Positions 1 to 12,125 of a stretch of 64,000 bases of DNA are shown here, in pieces (position 1 is the first letter of the stretch; each line of letters starts with the position of its first letter). The DNA comes from Octopus sinensis (taxonomy: Eukaryota), in assembly GCF_006345805.1 (NCBI RefSeq), contig NC_042998.1, positions 13,454,001-13,518,000 of the forward strand. Direction: 5' to 3'. The notes below the pieces were generated by a model. The model did not search any database and was not told the origin of the DNA. It saw only the letters and a program-made list of their open reading frames with translations. A program made the translations under genes and the position numbers.

Positions 1-46
1 TCTCCCCCCTCTCTCTCTCTATATATATATATAGACAGAGAGGGAG

Positions 47-203
47 AGAGTGGTTGTATACTGTCAACTTAACGTGACAGTCCTGTAAGGGGGAAATGTG
101 TCAAGGCAGACAAGAAGCGTCGATGCTTCATAGGGCTAAACAGTGGTGTTGTAATTACCCCTTACATGACTGTCACGTTAAGTTGACAGTATACAACCAC
201 TCT
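47..203. mobile_element. Short fold-back element (46-bp inverted arms, ~65-bp spacer); MITE-like or PLE-derived
   Basis: 47-92 AGAGTGGTTGTATACTGTCAACTTAACGTGACAGTCCTGTAAGGGG is the reverse complement of 158-203 with one mismatch; it lies beside CT/TA/GA microsatellites. Confidence 0.75.
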
Positions 204-257
204 TACGCTCCACCACCGTACATATCTCTATGAGATATTTAGAAATTTACTATTTCT

Positions 258-258
258 G

Positions 259-343
<85 letters not shown>
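258..343. repeat. (TA)n microsatellite
   Basis: Direct reading. Confidence 0.95.
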
Positions 344-344
<1 letters not shown>

Positions 345-408
345 AAATATGGTATAATTATAAAAGGCAAGTTTTAACCATTTCTCCGCACACTGAAAAG
401 AAAATCAC

Positions 409-915
409 CTACCTTAATCGAAATGGAGACGAACAACATCCCTCCATGTGATCGGCTTGAAACATTGCAACGATATTCAGATATTTTCTATTTATTTTTA
501 TCGTAGTCTTAATTGAGAAATAATATATATATTCAGGGAGAAGTGAAGATGTAGTTGTTTTGAATCTGAAATCTGATACCAGTTTTATCTGCATGACAAT
601 TCCATCTTTCTGTTTGATTGTCTTCCCTACTGTGTTGCTTCTTCCACAATTTGTGGAATTTGATGTGTTTAACTATACTCCGAATGTCACCTTCAAATCC
701 AGGCAGTTGCGGATTTGGTGATGAGTATTTCCTTGTTTTGAATGCATGCTTCATTTTGAAGTTGTCAATCCTTACTTTTTCGCAACTTCATTCGTAAGTA
801 TGTAACAAAAATTAGTCCAGCAACGGGTAGGACATCCCAGATCCGCTATGAAGCATCAAGTTTCTATAATCATTTATTGCAGCAATTGTTATGTATTTTC
901 CTCATATTTCCTTTA
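409..915 (-). pseudogene. Decayed N-terminal part of a Penelope-like retroelement RT ORF
   Basis: Frame-broken minus-strand peptides ...INDYRNLML..., AFKTRKYSSPNPQLPGFEGDIRSIVKHIKF, HADKT and ADHME resemble the PLE pre-RT pattern GFKx..P..L..FE.D....I.NIKF...ADKT...DRME. Recognised from memory of the family, not by search. Confidence 0.55.
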
Positions 916-2440
916 CTGACATTATAATTTCTTTGATTTATATAATTTTAGTAAGAAACAATTGTATCTTTGATTTAATTCAAAATTTGTAATGCGGTCG
1001 ATTTCTTTAATTGTACGCCTTTATGGTTGGAAGCAGTCTCTTGAAATGCTTTATAACATGAAGATTAAGGGCAGCATGTATTTCAGAGTAAATGGTTGTA
1101 TCATTAAGCTGAACTTTTGCTAAATCTCAATAAATTTTGGCATCCATTATGGCAATTATACTAACTTTATCTGGATTTTGTAGATTATTGTATTATCGTT
1201 TTGGAGCTTTGGAATACAGACTTCACTTGGTTGTAATATTTGATCTGACATACGTATTTTGCTTAAGTAGGGATTTGAATATATATAAAAATGTATATTT
1301 CCTTTTTTTTTTGCTGAATTAATTTCGATGTGTCCCTTAACAGGTATTCATCACACTCACTGTATTTATCCATTAAAAATTAAATCAATCAACAGTAAAT
1401 TCAGACAGAATTTTTGTGGTTATTCTCTTCTAATTCAGGATGGTTGGCTACTAGTGTAGATGTAAAGAATAACAATTTTGCTAAAATTTTACAAAATTTG
1501 ACTTTCACTATTAATATGTTACTTTTTGTTAAATACATAATGTTTGGGTCTATTATTACAATTCTTCTCTTTTGCCCCAACGCCTAAATTTTCTCTGATT
1601 TTTCTGCTTGTTGTGCTGACATTCAGACATATACATATTTTTATTTAGCACTTCCATTTTCTATTTGATGATCTGCGCTACTTACTTTTCTCGTTATGTT
1701 TGACCTTGTTTTTATTGTCTTTCTAGTCTTTCATGCATTTTGAGCATATTAAATAATCAAGTTTTCAATCTACATTTAGCACAATGTTTCCCATAATTAA
1801 CCACCGGCGACATATGTGTGCATACTGAAAATGATCCCCTGACATTTCTTACCCTAGACTTATTATTTTATCAAATGTTCTCAAGTGTCGCTCTTAAGAA
1901 AATTTGTTTTTCTCCCGTCATTTTATGGACAAGAGAAGTTGTTGTCAAGTTTTGCCATTTTGTATACTTGCTTTCCACGTTGCTGTTGACAAAAAAATTA
2001 CGAAAATTTGTAACAGTTTTTTTTCGTTCGTGGTTTGCACTATCGTGGCAGAATAAGTTGGTCTTTGTAGGAAAAAGTCTATTATCTATAGAATAATATT
2101 ATGGAAATGTCGAGTGCCTCTATTCAAACAATCTATGGAGGGAATAATATAAACGGAATACTTTCCTGCAAAAGGCATGTTTCTCCTATTAGATGTCATC
2201 AAATTTTAGGGAAGAAAATGTGGAACCTACCAAGAATTCCCAACGACCTCGAACCAACAAGAGAAAACAAGAGAGACAGAGACAGGTAGAAACAAGGAAA
2301 ATGCCACTTGTATTTGAACACTATACAAATATTCTTATGAAAAAACTTTTTCTTTTAATTTTTCTAATTAAACAATTAAATGTTACAGTTGAAAAAGTCT
2401 CAATGACTGAAACCGATACTGAAATGTTTTTTATAAAATT

Positions 2441-2963
2441 ATTTTCGTCGTTATGTTCTGAGTTCAAATTCCGCCGAAGTCGACTTTCTTTCATCCTTTC
2501 GGGGTCGATAAATTAGGTACCAGTTCCGCACTGGGGTCGATATAATCGACTTAATCCGTTTGTCTGTCTTTGTTTGTCCCGTCTGTGTTTAGCCCCTTGA
2601 GGGTAGTAAAGAAATAGGTATTTCGTCTGCCATTACGTTCTAAGTATAAATTTCGCCGAGGTCCACTTTATCTTTCATCCTTTCGGGGTCGATTAAATAA
2701 GTACTAGTTACGCACTGGGGTCGATATAATCAACTTAATCCGTTTGTCTGTCCTTGTTTGTCCTCTCTGTGTTTAGCCCCTTGTGGGTAGTAAAGAAATA
2801 GGTATTTAGTTTCTCCATACGCCCTGAGCTCAAATTCCGCCGAAGTCGACTTTGCCTTTCATCCTTTCTTGGTCGATAAATTAAGTACCAGTGGCGTACT
2901 GGGGTCGATCTAATCGACTGGCCCCGTCACCCAAAATTTCGGGCATTGATTAGAAAAGAATAT
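2441..2963 (+). mobile_element. SINE family A, three head-to-tail 5'-truncated units (~183-bp period)
   Basis: B-box-like GAGTTCAAATTCCGCCG recurs at ~2460, ~2642 and ~2827, each followed by GTCGACTTTGCCTTTCATCCTTTCGGGGTCGATAAA; the same family is dispersed elsewhere in the window. Confidence 0.85.
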
Positions 2964-5104
2964 ACCTTCAACGTTAACGAACAATTTGTCTTTTATTTAT
3001 TGTTTCAATGAACAGTAAGGATCAAATTAAAGCATATGATTTCTATTTAATGGCTATTTCTTTGCTTCCCACTCATAAAGTTCAATCACAGACGCAACAG
3101 AGCGAGAGAAAGCAAACACAAAGCAGACTCGAAAATGCATGCAGTGACTATTTTAATTATTGAAGCAACACATTTCATGCTACGTGTATTTGTATCTAAT
3201 GGAACTGGTAGGAGGGGAATCTCACGGGAATTGTTGAATGAGTTTGTGTCAAATTATTCTTGCTAGTACTATGCAGCAGACCGTGGAGAATAATATTCCA
3301 GAAATGTGGAATTAACTCGGTAGTTAAGGAGGAAAACGTCGACCATTTTAATTACAGCACCAAGTCCATTTGTTATATATTCTGAGGAGAAATAAAGATA
3401 GATGTAGAAAAAGAGTGAAAGCAGCAAACATAGATACATAGGGTCAGAAAGAAAGAGTGGTTTGAGAAATATTATAGGAAAAAATTGAAAGAAGAGAGAT
3501 AAAGACAGAGAAGTGAGGGGAGAGGAGAGGAATAACTAGATTGTGAGAGAAGGGCGGTTAAAGAGAAACAATACTACAATTTTCAATCGCTGCCCATGCA
3601 TACGTATTGTCAAGCTGCCAAGCAAGTTTCAATGCACATTTAACAGACATTCAATGACTGTTAAGTTGTTTCAGCTGTACTTTTCCCGTCTAAATCATAG
3701 AGAATATATAGATTAAAGATAGATACATTTATTTTATTTTCCATTTCGTTTGAGTTATATTTTTATTTTATTTTCCATTCCGTTTGAGATGCATATATAT
3801 TTATTTTTCTTTTAGATGTGTTGCAAGTCGTTATTACATGTAGATTCTCACATATACATATTCAAATATTATGGTAAGTAAACAAAGTTAGGCCGCGGTA
3901 CAAATGAGTTTAGAATCAGTTAATATAGACTATGCTATTTATTGGAAAATATTTGATCATCAAAAAACTTCCAGAGATTGTAATGTTTCTGAATGGTTTT
4001 AGATATAGATTGTTACGGAATGCAAATCAGAAGGAAAAGTGAAATACTAGGTCACACCAAGAGAGAGAACATAACTAGCATTCACACATACACTCGATCT
4101 CTTTGATATGTTCAAATAATATAATGTTAAGTCATGTTTATTATTTTGATGGCAATAGTTTAATAGTGCATCTTATGAGTTCTTCATGTGTAAATCTTAT
4201 GAAACGGTTTGATTCCAGTTCGCATGCATGATAAATGCCTTGGAAATAAAGAAGATAATTTTATTTCAAAGAAAAGCAGAAGTCATTTTACACAAGTATA
4301 ATGTATAGGATGCTTTTATATTATACGAAAGCAGTGTATAAAGAATATTTATTATCATTAAATTCTGAATATTGTGATGTCGTAAAATGCTTTAGCTTTT
4401 AATAAATGTTTTTAAAATGCTTCTTTTTACTACAAGCAAATGTAGAGAATATAAAATTTACATTTCTGTATAACTTCTGTCTGTTCATTAAATGATTTCC
4501 ATGTCAAGTATATTTTACATTATATGACAAGTTGTATATAAGGATATGGTATTTAAATATATCTCAGTTCGAAGAATAAATAATTCACTCATTAATCACG
4601 CGAGAATTATGTTTGATAACGACATTTATTTCGTCAGTTTGCGTCACTTTAAGCTTAACTTTTCATTATGCGTTGATATATATATGCAAATGGAGAAGAA
4701 CATAGAAAAACTAATAAAATAAATAAATGTATATAATCCATATGATGCAATAGAGGCAGCTCTTGATTACAACGTTATATGTCAAACATATCCTAAATAT
4801 ATGTATTGTTGAGAGGTTGTAGACTGCTGTGGTTGTCCAGAGAAATGCCGCTTTAATAAGTAGTGTTTTCAAGTCATTATTCTTTAAACTTAGATGAAAT
4901 TCCGTCGATGTTGCGGCTTGTCAATACCCCACAATGAAGTCACTTTCTAGAAGTTGCTTCGACCTCACTCAAGTATATAAATATTTTGAATAAACATCTC
5001 TTTAGTTTTGCAAACCAGACGCTGGTCTGAAGGAAATTCAAAGTATGCAACAGATGTAACGCTATGTTATATCTTTATCAATAAGGTACACATAACTTAT
5101 CGTT

Positions 5105-5392
5105 AGGCACATGGCCAAGTGGTTAGAGCAGCCCAATCGCGGTCGAGAGATCTCATACCGGGGGATGTGTGTGTTTATGAGCGAAACACCTAAGCTCCAC
5201 GCGGCTCCGGCAGAAGGTAATGGCGAACTTCTGCTAACACTTTCGCCACAACTTTCTATCACGCTTTCCTCCTGCATCTTGCAGTTCACCTCCGACGGAC
5301 CGGCGTCCCGTCTAGGTGGGGAACCTATACGCCAAGGAAACTGAGAAACCGGCCCTTATAATTCAGGTATGGCTCGAGAAGGAACAAACAAC
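5105..5392 (+). mobile_element. tRNA-derived SINE family E (head partly deleted)
   Basis: A-box-like TGGCCAAGTGGTTAGAGC; the 3' part CGACGGACCGGCGTCCCGTCTAGGTGGGGAACCTATACGCC...GAAACCGGCCC is shared with the family C tandem SINE; (AAC)-like tail. Confidence 0.75.
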
Positions 5393-5629
5393 ATAACTTA
5401 TACATAGGATTGAAAATCAGAGGATACAGTTGTTGTTCGAGAAAAGCCCTTTTATAGACGCAGCTTATTAAATACGCAGTGCTCTTTAGAGCTCTTAGCA
5501 TAATGAATACTGAAATCTGTTTGAGATTTTTGATTTTAAAAAAGTGTTTATTTTTAACGCAGATACAAAATGCTGTCGCTACGACGAAGCTCATACTCTG
5601 ACACAAATCGACAATTATTGTTTTTTGGC

Positions 5630-5840
5630 TCACGCCGGGCGAAATGCGTAGCCGTATTTCGTCTGCCGTTACGTTCTGAGTTCAAATCCCGCCGAGGTCG
5701 ACTTTGCCTGTCATCCTTTCGGGGTCAATTAAATAAGTACCAGATACGCACTGGGGTCAATATAATCGACTTAATCCGTGTGTCTGTCCTTGTTTGTCCT
5801 CTCTGTGTTTAGCCCCTTGTGGGTAGTAAAGAAATTGGTA
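5630..5840 (+). mobile_element. SINE family A copy
   Basis: CACGCCGGGCGAAATGC...TTCTGAGTTCAAATCCCGCCGAGGTCGACTTTGCC...; matches the units at 2441-2963. Confidence 0.85.
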
Positions 5841-6015
5841 TCATAGTAGTCGCTGTTGTGAGTTTCTCTGTCATTGTGTGTTGCTAACACGGCCGTCATT
5901 TATTTTCTTATGTGTTGTCAGAGCACTCGGTCTGCTGGTTAATCTGCTACTCTCTGCTACCTACTGTTTTTGTAACCGGTCGACTACATTCCATCTGTCG
6001 TCTGACAGTGGCGGT

Positions 6016-6350
6016 GACCCCCTTCGGTCAGACACTGACCATGGGTTTGCACATAGAGAGTTACTCTCTGAGGCACAAGTCTGGGCAAAGTTGTTTTATG
6101 TAAGACCAGCAGTCGCCCATGCATACCGGCCTCCCCTCTCCACGTCACCGATGTTGTCCAAGGAAAAGGCAAGGGCCGATACAGCTTGGCACCTGTGACA
6201 TCGCAACTCATTTCTACAGCTGAGTGAACTGGAGCAACGTGAAATAAAGTGTCTTGCTCAAGAACACAACACGCAGCCCGGTCCGTGATTCGAGCTCACA
6301 ACCTCACGATCGTAAGCTCGACGCTCTAACCACTGAGCCACGCGCCTTCA
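6016..6350 (-). mobile_element. tRNA-derived SINE family D, full length
   Basis: Minus-strand head GGCGCGTGGCTCAGTGGTTAGAGCG...TTACGAT...GAGCTCGAATC has A and B boxes and an ACG anticodon-like loop, followed by GTGTTCTTGAGCAAGACAC; second copy at 58581-58905. Confidence 0.85.
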
Positions 6351-6934
6351 GTAGGGACTGTCGGGTCAGTAGGGACTACAATGCGATAAAAGTAGCGATC
6401 TTGATCTGAAAAACCGCAAAAATAGCGTACTGTGTTTAGATCCGGTACCTCGTATGTGCGTGTGTGAGAGTGTGTGTGTTTAATGCATATTACTGTAAAT
6501 AATTTTTTGCGAGTTGTTGAACGAAAAGCACCGTCCTGTACGTAACACCTAAATACAAATCAAAATATTTTCCGAATTTGGGTATGTAGAGCAAAGATTA
6601 CTTTGTGGAATCACATTATGGTATATCATATAAAGGTTACAAGTATGAAAACGGACTCATGTGGATATTATAAGAGAACAAATGTCTTTGTAATGTCGGA
6701 CAATATATAATGATTTATTGGTAATGTACTAGAAAACACTAGACAGTTCGATGTAGAGCATATTTTATTAGAAGGAAAATGTAATTAATATACATTATTA
6801 ACATTCGATAGATATTTGTCCTTATCTTGTTTGTTGTTAACAACGTTTCGGTTGATATACCCTCCTGTCTTCTTCAGGTGTCTTGGGGAAATCTCGAACC
6901 TGGGTTCTCATTTCTAAGGTATTTTTCGATGAGG

Positions 6935-6952
6935 TTATTATTATGGTTATTA

Positions 6953-7008
<56 letters not shown>
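6935..7008. repeat. (TTA)n microsatellite inside the composite element
   Basis: Direct reading; it explains the poly-L/I/N ORFs. Confidence 0.95.
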
Positions 7009-7021
7009 GCTGTCGTTGTTG

Positions 7022-7097
7022 TTCAGGCCACTACTTGGAATCGAACTCGGAATCTTGGGGTTAGTAGCCCGCGCTCTTACCACTACGCCAAATGCCC
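7022..7097 (-). pseudogene. tRNA-like (Pol III type 2 promoter) head, not a functional tRNA
   Basis: Minus strand GGGCATTTGGCGTAGTGGTAAGAGCGCGGGCTACTAACCCCAAGATTCCGAGTTCGATTCCAAG: A box TGGCGTAGTGG, 7-nt loop CTACTAA, B box GAGTTCGATTC; acceptor and T stems pair poorly. Confidence 0.7.
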
Positions 7098-7100
7098 CAG

Positions 7101-7146
7101 GACACCTGAAGAAGGCTGGAGGGTATATCAGTCGAAACGTTGTGTT
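7101..7146 (+). ncRNA. Minimal type I hammerhead ribozyme motif (PLE-type)
   Basis: GACAC-CUGAAGA-A-GGCUG(loop)CAGUC-GAAA-CG-UU-GUGUU: 5-bp stem I, 5-bp stem II, helix III reduced to palindromic ACGU. A more decayed copy lies on the minus strand at 6838-6882. Confidence 0.7.
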
Positions 7147-10100
7147 AACAACAACCAAGATGATAACAAATATCTGTTGAATGTAAATAATGTACATAAT
7201 TCTTCATCTCTTAAATATAGAACTATAATTGATATATTTGAATATTTCGAGAGCTGAGAATAGATATTTCTTGATCATTAGGTAAGCTTTGATTAATTAT
7301 ACCAAATGCTCTACAAATATCTGAATAAAACGTCTGAGTAATTTTTCTCTGTTGTTTACTTGTTTTTGGATGTAATATGAAAATTAACACGAACGTAAGT
7401 ATGTAGTTTAAAATCTAAGAAAATTGTGATGCAAATATTCTTTAATGTTCATGCAATAATATTTTTCCGTCGGATCCCAATAATTTTCGATAGGTGTTTT
7501 GATACACAATCTGAATTTACGCAATATATTTTTTCATGATAGCTTACTTGATGTGGCTATCTATAATCTTTCTGTTATGAACAACACGAACACACGGTAA
7601 GAAGGAATATAGACACAGTAAAAAAAATCATTTCGGAAAGGAAAAATATTTGCTAAATATATTGGGTACACAGCTCCACAGCTAGGGAAATACAGTTATA
7701 TTCATATCCACATTCAAACATGCTATGAATACACCTAAGATAATGGACGATGCGTAAAGGCCAGTTCAGAGGAGTTGAACCGTGTTGGTATTCAAATTAA
7801 ATTTTGAGTCATTTGTAAACATATGAGGATCTCTTTTATATTCTTTAATGCCTTTCATTTTCTATTTCTCTCTACATCGTCTTTATGAAGCAGGCATCTT
7901 AACTTCCTCATATATGTTGCTTTGCCTAATACACAAATATATATCCAAAATAGCTGACCGACTTTTTATCCATCTATTTATTTCTTGCTGTTATGCAAAC
8001 TCTTAAGTCAGCATCGCAAATCTGATTGTCATCCTCTTGCTTAATTTCTTTCTTTTACGAAGACAGGTCGTGACACCTGTCAGTCTGCAACGAGATCTGG
8101 TCACGGAAGAGTGAAATAGAGATGTATTTAGGGATAAAGAAAATAGCTTAAACACGTCCAGTGTTATGCATTGACGGTAAATTTCAACTTCCTATTTTGA
8201 TTTATGCACGTTAGGTCGGCTGACATCGGATATATCTGCTTATGTGTCAAAAAGAAAAACAGATTAGTTTGAGAAAGGAGATTTAAGCCTGAAATATTCG
8301 CTGTCAGATATACAGCTTAAAATGTGTCCATCCAGAACATTTAGATAGCCAGAACATTTAGATGATATTGCAGGTAAAACCAATAAGTGAATGGAATTAA
8401 ATTAAAATAAGGAAAATAACGAAACAAATATACAAAACGCAGATGTTTAGCGAATTTTTTTAGCAGTATATATTCTTATATTTTTGTATTAATTAAAGTT
8501 ATGTGTAAAGTGTCTTTATTTCTTCTTATCGATTTTCATACTTATCACTTCGAACTAAGCCCAGAAGAATAATTTTCTCCGTGTCTTTTGCTTTATACCA
8601 ATGTACTGCTTTGTATTCTTTAATCAAATGAAATGCATAACATTAAAAAATGACAAAGTTGTCTATAATATATTTGTATTCGTTAACAGATTTTAATTTT
8701 CAGCCGCAGTTTCAGTTATTAAAATTCACCTCTGTAGCACCGCATGTTTCTAGTACGTCTAAAACTCTAATGGGATACCATAATGTAATTTTATATAAAC
8801 ATGTAGATATGAATATAAATTTCATGTCATTTTCGAGTTCTCTTAATTATTACTATTAAATTGATACGGGTTATTTTGTTTGGAACTTAATTTGTTTGTC
8901 TGCATTCTAAATGTTGGAGTTTACGGTGTAATACGCAGTGTAACGCTTATATGTAATACAATTCATGCACTTCATAAAATTAAACAGTACAATTTACTTG
9001 TTCTCAATGCATAGATAAAATATAGAGTAAATAAGTAATTTACGAAGTCACATCATGATAAAAACGGCGTTGAAATTTATGCATACGGGAATAAAAGCGG
9101 AATATTCGTTCTGGAATGTTTTTAGTCGTTTTGTAGGAGCAAATATATCATAGCTTCCAGAACATAACTTTATAAAATCTGACTTGGTTACTTTGATATA
9201 GAATCTGCATCTGAGATACGCTTGATATGTTCTTGACTTAATATAGAAATAAACAGCACATGCAATTGAAAAATATTGAATTTCAGTTATTTGTGGAAAA
9301 ATATTAAGTTTTATGTAACGCAAAATTCTATATTGATGATAATACGTAAAACATAACTTCGACATATATTTGAAATAGACATGATTCTATGGTATCATAT
9401 AAATATGTTATAATTTGAAATACCTCTTGATGGCAGTACACGGATTCGAAATTTAAGACTATATATATATGGTTGCCCTTTGTAAAATATTTTCTGCTGA
9501 AATTAAAATATATTAGAAGTTCATGTGAACGTATTTAAACAAAGATGTGTGACAGTGTATCTCCACTCCTGTGTTATCTGTGAAGAGTTAAACGCCTTTA
9601 TACAAGTGATATAAAATGATCGGTGTGAAGCACAAAAGACAATTTTACATGTAATTTAAGACATATCTGAGCACATTCTATCAAAACCTATAACTGATAT
9701 TTTGATAATATTCTTAAATGTACAACATTCTTCAGTTTCACATTAATTACAGATAGCAATAGCTAAATGTCTGTTTCTGAGTGTGTCCAAATACATACGA
9801 TAGTAGCCTACTTATACATAAAAGCAAAAATATCGCATTGTGGTTCACAATTTAATTATGTTCAAAATATGGTAAATCAAGAGAGGTGTATACTTGTATA
9901 ATTGGGATATATAATTGGACATTTTAAATAATTATATTAAATTCAAGTAGATTTCGAAGCTGTGTTTAGGCAAATCATTAGGAATATTATATGTTATTTT
10001 AATCGGAGCACAATTAATATTTTCAATACGTGGAGTCAGAGAGAATGAGAGGGAAAAAATCACTACTCTTAAAATAAACTTATCTTACTTGTTAACATCT

Positions 10101-10960
10101 CAACTACTCCGACCTTTCCCACTCAAAATCTCTTCAGTTTTGAAAACGATACGAATTTCGGAAACCTCCAAAGAAGAAGCCTCACACCGCACAACTTAAG
10201 CCAAAGAGGTACTTTTAAATGTGTTTCCTGACGATGCCACTCCTGCTCCAACGTTAGTAGTCTTACACCCGTTTCTCTTTCTACGTCTCTCACAATTTGT
10301 TCTCTCTCCTACAAATTTTTGCTAACATATGAAACTTATTTAGCCCTGTGATCCTTATCAGTCACAGTCACTTGTCTTCAACTCACGTAATATATAATTG
10401 TATTGTTTCTAATTATTTTCTTTCCTGAACAATTCTAGTCATTTTCTCTCTCGAGAACTTTTCTGTGGAGAAAGATTAAGAACGAAACAATGCAATGCCA
10501 CCGTATTATCTTGCAATACATTTTACTTGACAATACATGAACTGCAGCGACAGAACAACACCAGTGCCAGTATATATTTAGAGGCTGTTTGATCACATAC
10601 ACACACATACACTTACACACATAAAATCTATTGAGAGATTGGTAAACATTTACTCACACACATATACACACACAGACATACAGACAGACACATACACATA
10701 CAGACACACACATATATAAACAATAAATTAAATAGAGAGATTCAATTGACAATCTAATAATTTATTTATAATATAACATTATATACTATGAATATAATAT
10801 GATATAATATAACATAAAAACTTATTCAAAAGCCAAAAACGACAACAATTAGTTTCGACTTATATACATTATTTGATTTATAAACAATTCATATCCATTT
10901 ATATAAGTGGCTTCAGAGTTTTGGCTTAAAAGACAGACGAAATTCCGTGTGAAAGGACAG

Positions 10961-11014
<54 letters not shown>

Positions 11015-11824
11015 ATATATATACATATATACCCATAAACATGTAAAGATATTTGTATATAACAAAGCCTACATGGCCATACACGCACAAATGCAAACGC
11101 ATAAATAGATGCAACATATATATATATATATATTATATATATATATATATACAGAAATATATGCAGATACATACACAAGGATATATACGCGTACATACAC
11201 TCTCTCAAAAGCAAACATAGATTAAACATCGAGTAAATAATACTATAAATGACTCTAAATATATAAATGATACTGATTTCCCATTTTCTAACTGCTGTCT
11301 CCACTACAAACGAATATGATTTTGCAAATTTCTCTCATAATCGCATTTATAGGAGAAAATATATCCAATGTGTAATACTTAATATACTGACACTAGCTTT
11401 TCATCTGTCAATAATTTATTTACTAACATAAGGCAAGATTCTCAGCTCGCTCAAAATAACAATACATTATCATCGAATACTAATAGGGGTAGTAAGACAC
11501 GGAATGTTACCTAATATAATTTTCTATTTTGAAGAGGGCCAGACGCGTGCTATAAATATTTTCTTTCAAATTCTAAATGATACTTTTTTCACAATATTTA
11601 CAAAGTTTATAACTGTTCAACCGTTAAAATGTCTTATTCAACTATCCAATTTGGGATCTGTTATAGGGATATCACAATTTATTAAACAAATAGAACATTA
11701 ATTCTTATCAACAAAATTTCTATTATTAAAATTTCTCACGCCGCCTACTGATTTTGTTATAACATTCTTTGGAATTGTAGCCATAGAATTACTAGGAAAT
11801 GTCATGGAGAATTTTGTGTCAGCT

Positions 11825-12125
11825 GCTGATTGTGGCGCAACATCTGCAGTGGCCGAAATAGGACCACACAGTAATGGCACTATTGCATGCAATGAATACA
11901 TTTCAAGATGCTCTGCCCTGGCAGTACTGTATTTTCCTTTATTCGAGGACGATTTTCTACTGCGACTAATTTCTGTTTCTCTTCCCTTTGCGTAATACTC
12001 GTCTCCAGCTTGGGGGTCATCTTTCGCAACATCCTTCTATCTCAGAATTTGCAGACCTATTGATTTCATATCTCTCTTGTAGACGTCCTTAAAACGATGA
12101 TGTTTTCAAAACCAACGTGGTCATC
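11825..12125 (-). mobile_element. RTE-clade LINE 3' fragment (decayed)
   Basis: Minus strand HRFKDVYKRDMKSIG...KDVAKD matches the RTE C-terminal R(Y/F)KD..KRDMK...WE..A.DR pattern, followed by a Cys/His-rich remnant (ACNS...GHCRCC). Confidence 0.65.

Larger units (their letters stand above)
6783..7224 (-). mobile_element. Fold-back composite element: tRNA-like head, (AAT)n, HHR-bearing tail, plus an inverted copy of the tail
   Basis: 6783-6888 is an inverted copy of ~7095-7201; both arms carry CTGAAGA...GAAACGTT; tRNA-like segment at 7022-7097 on the minus strand. Confidence 0.75.

Noticed and set aside
7022-7097. Functional tRNA gene (ACT anticodon)
   Set aside because: Acceptor and T stems do not pair properly and it is embedded in a repeat; treated as a SINE-like head.
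10228-10260. CTGACGA...CAACGTT possible decayed HHR
   Set aside because: GAAA is missing and the stems are not supported.
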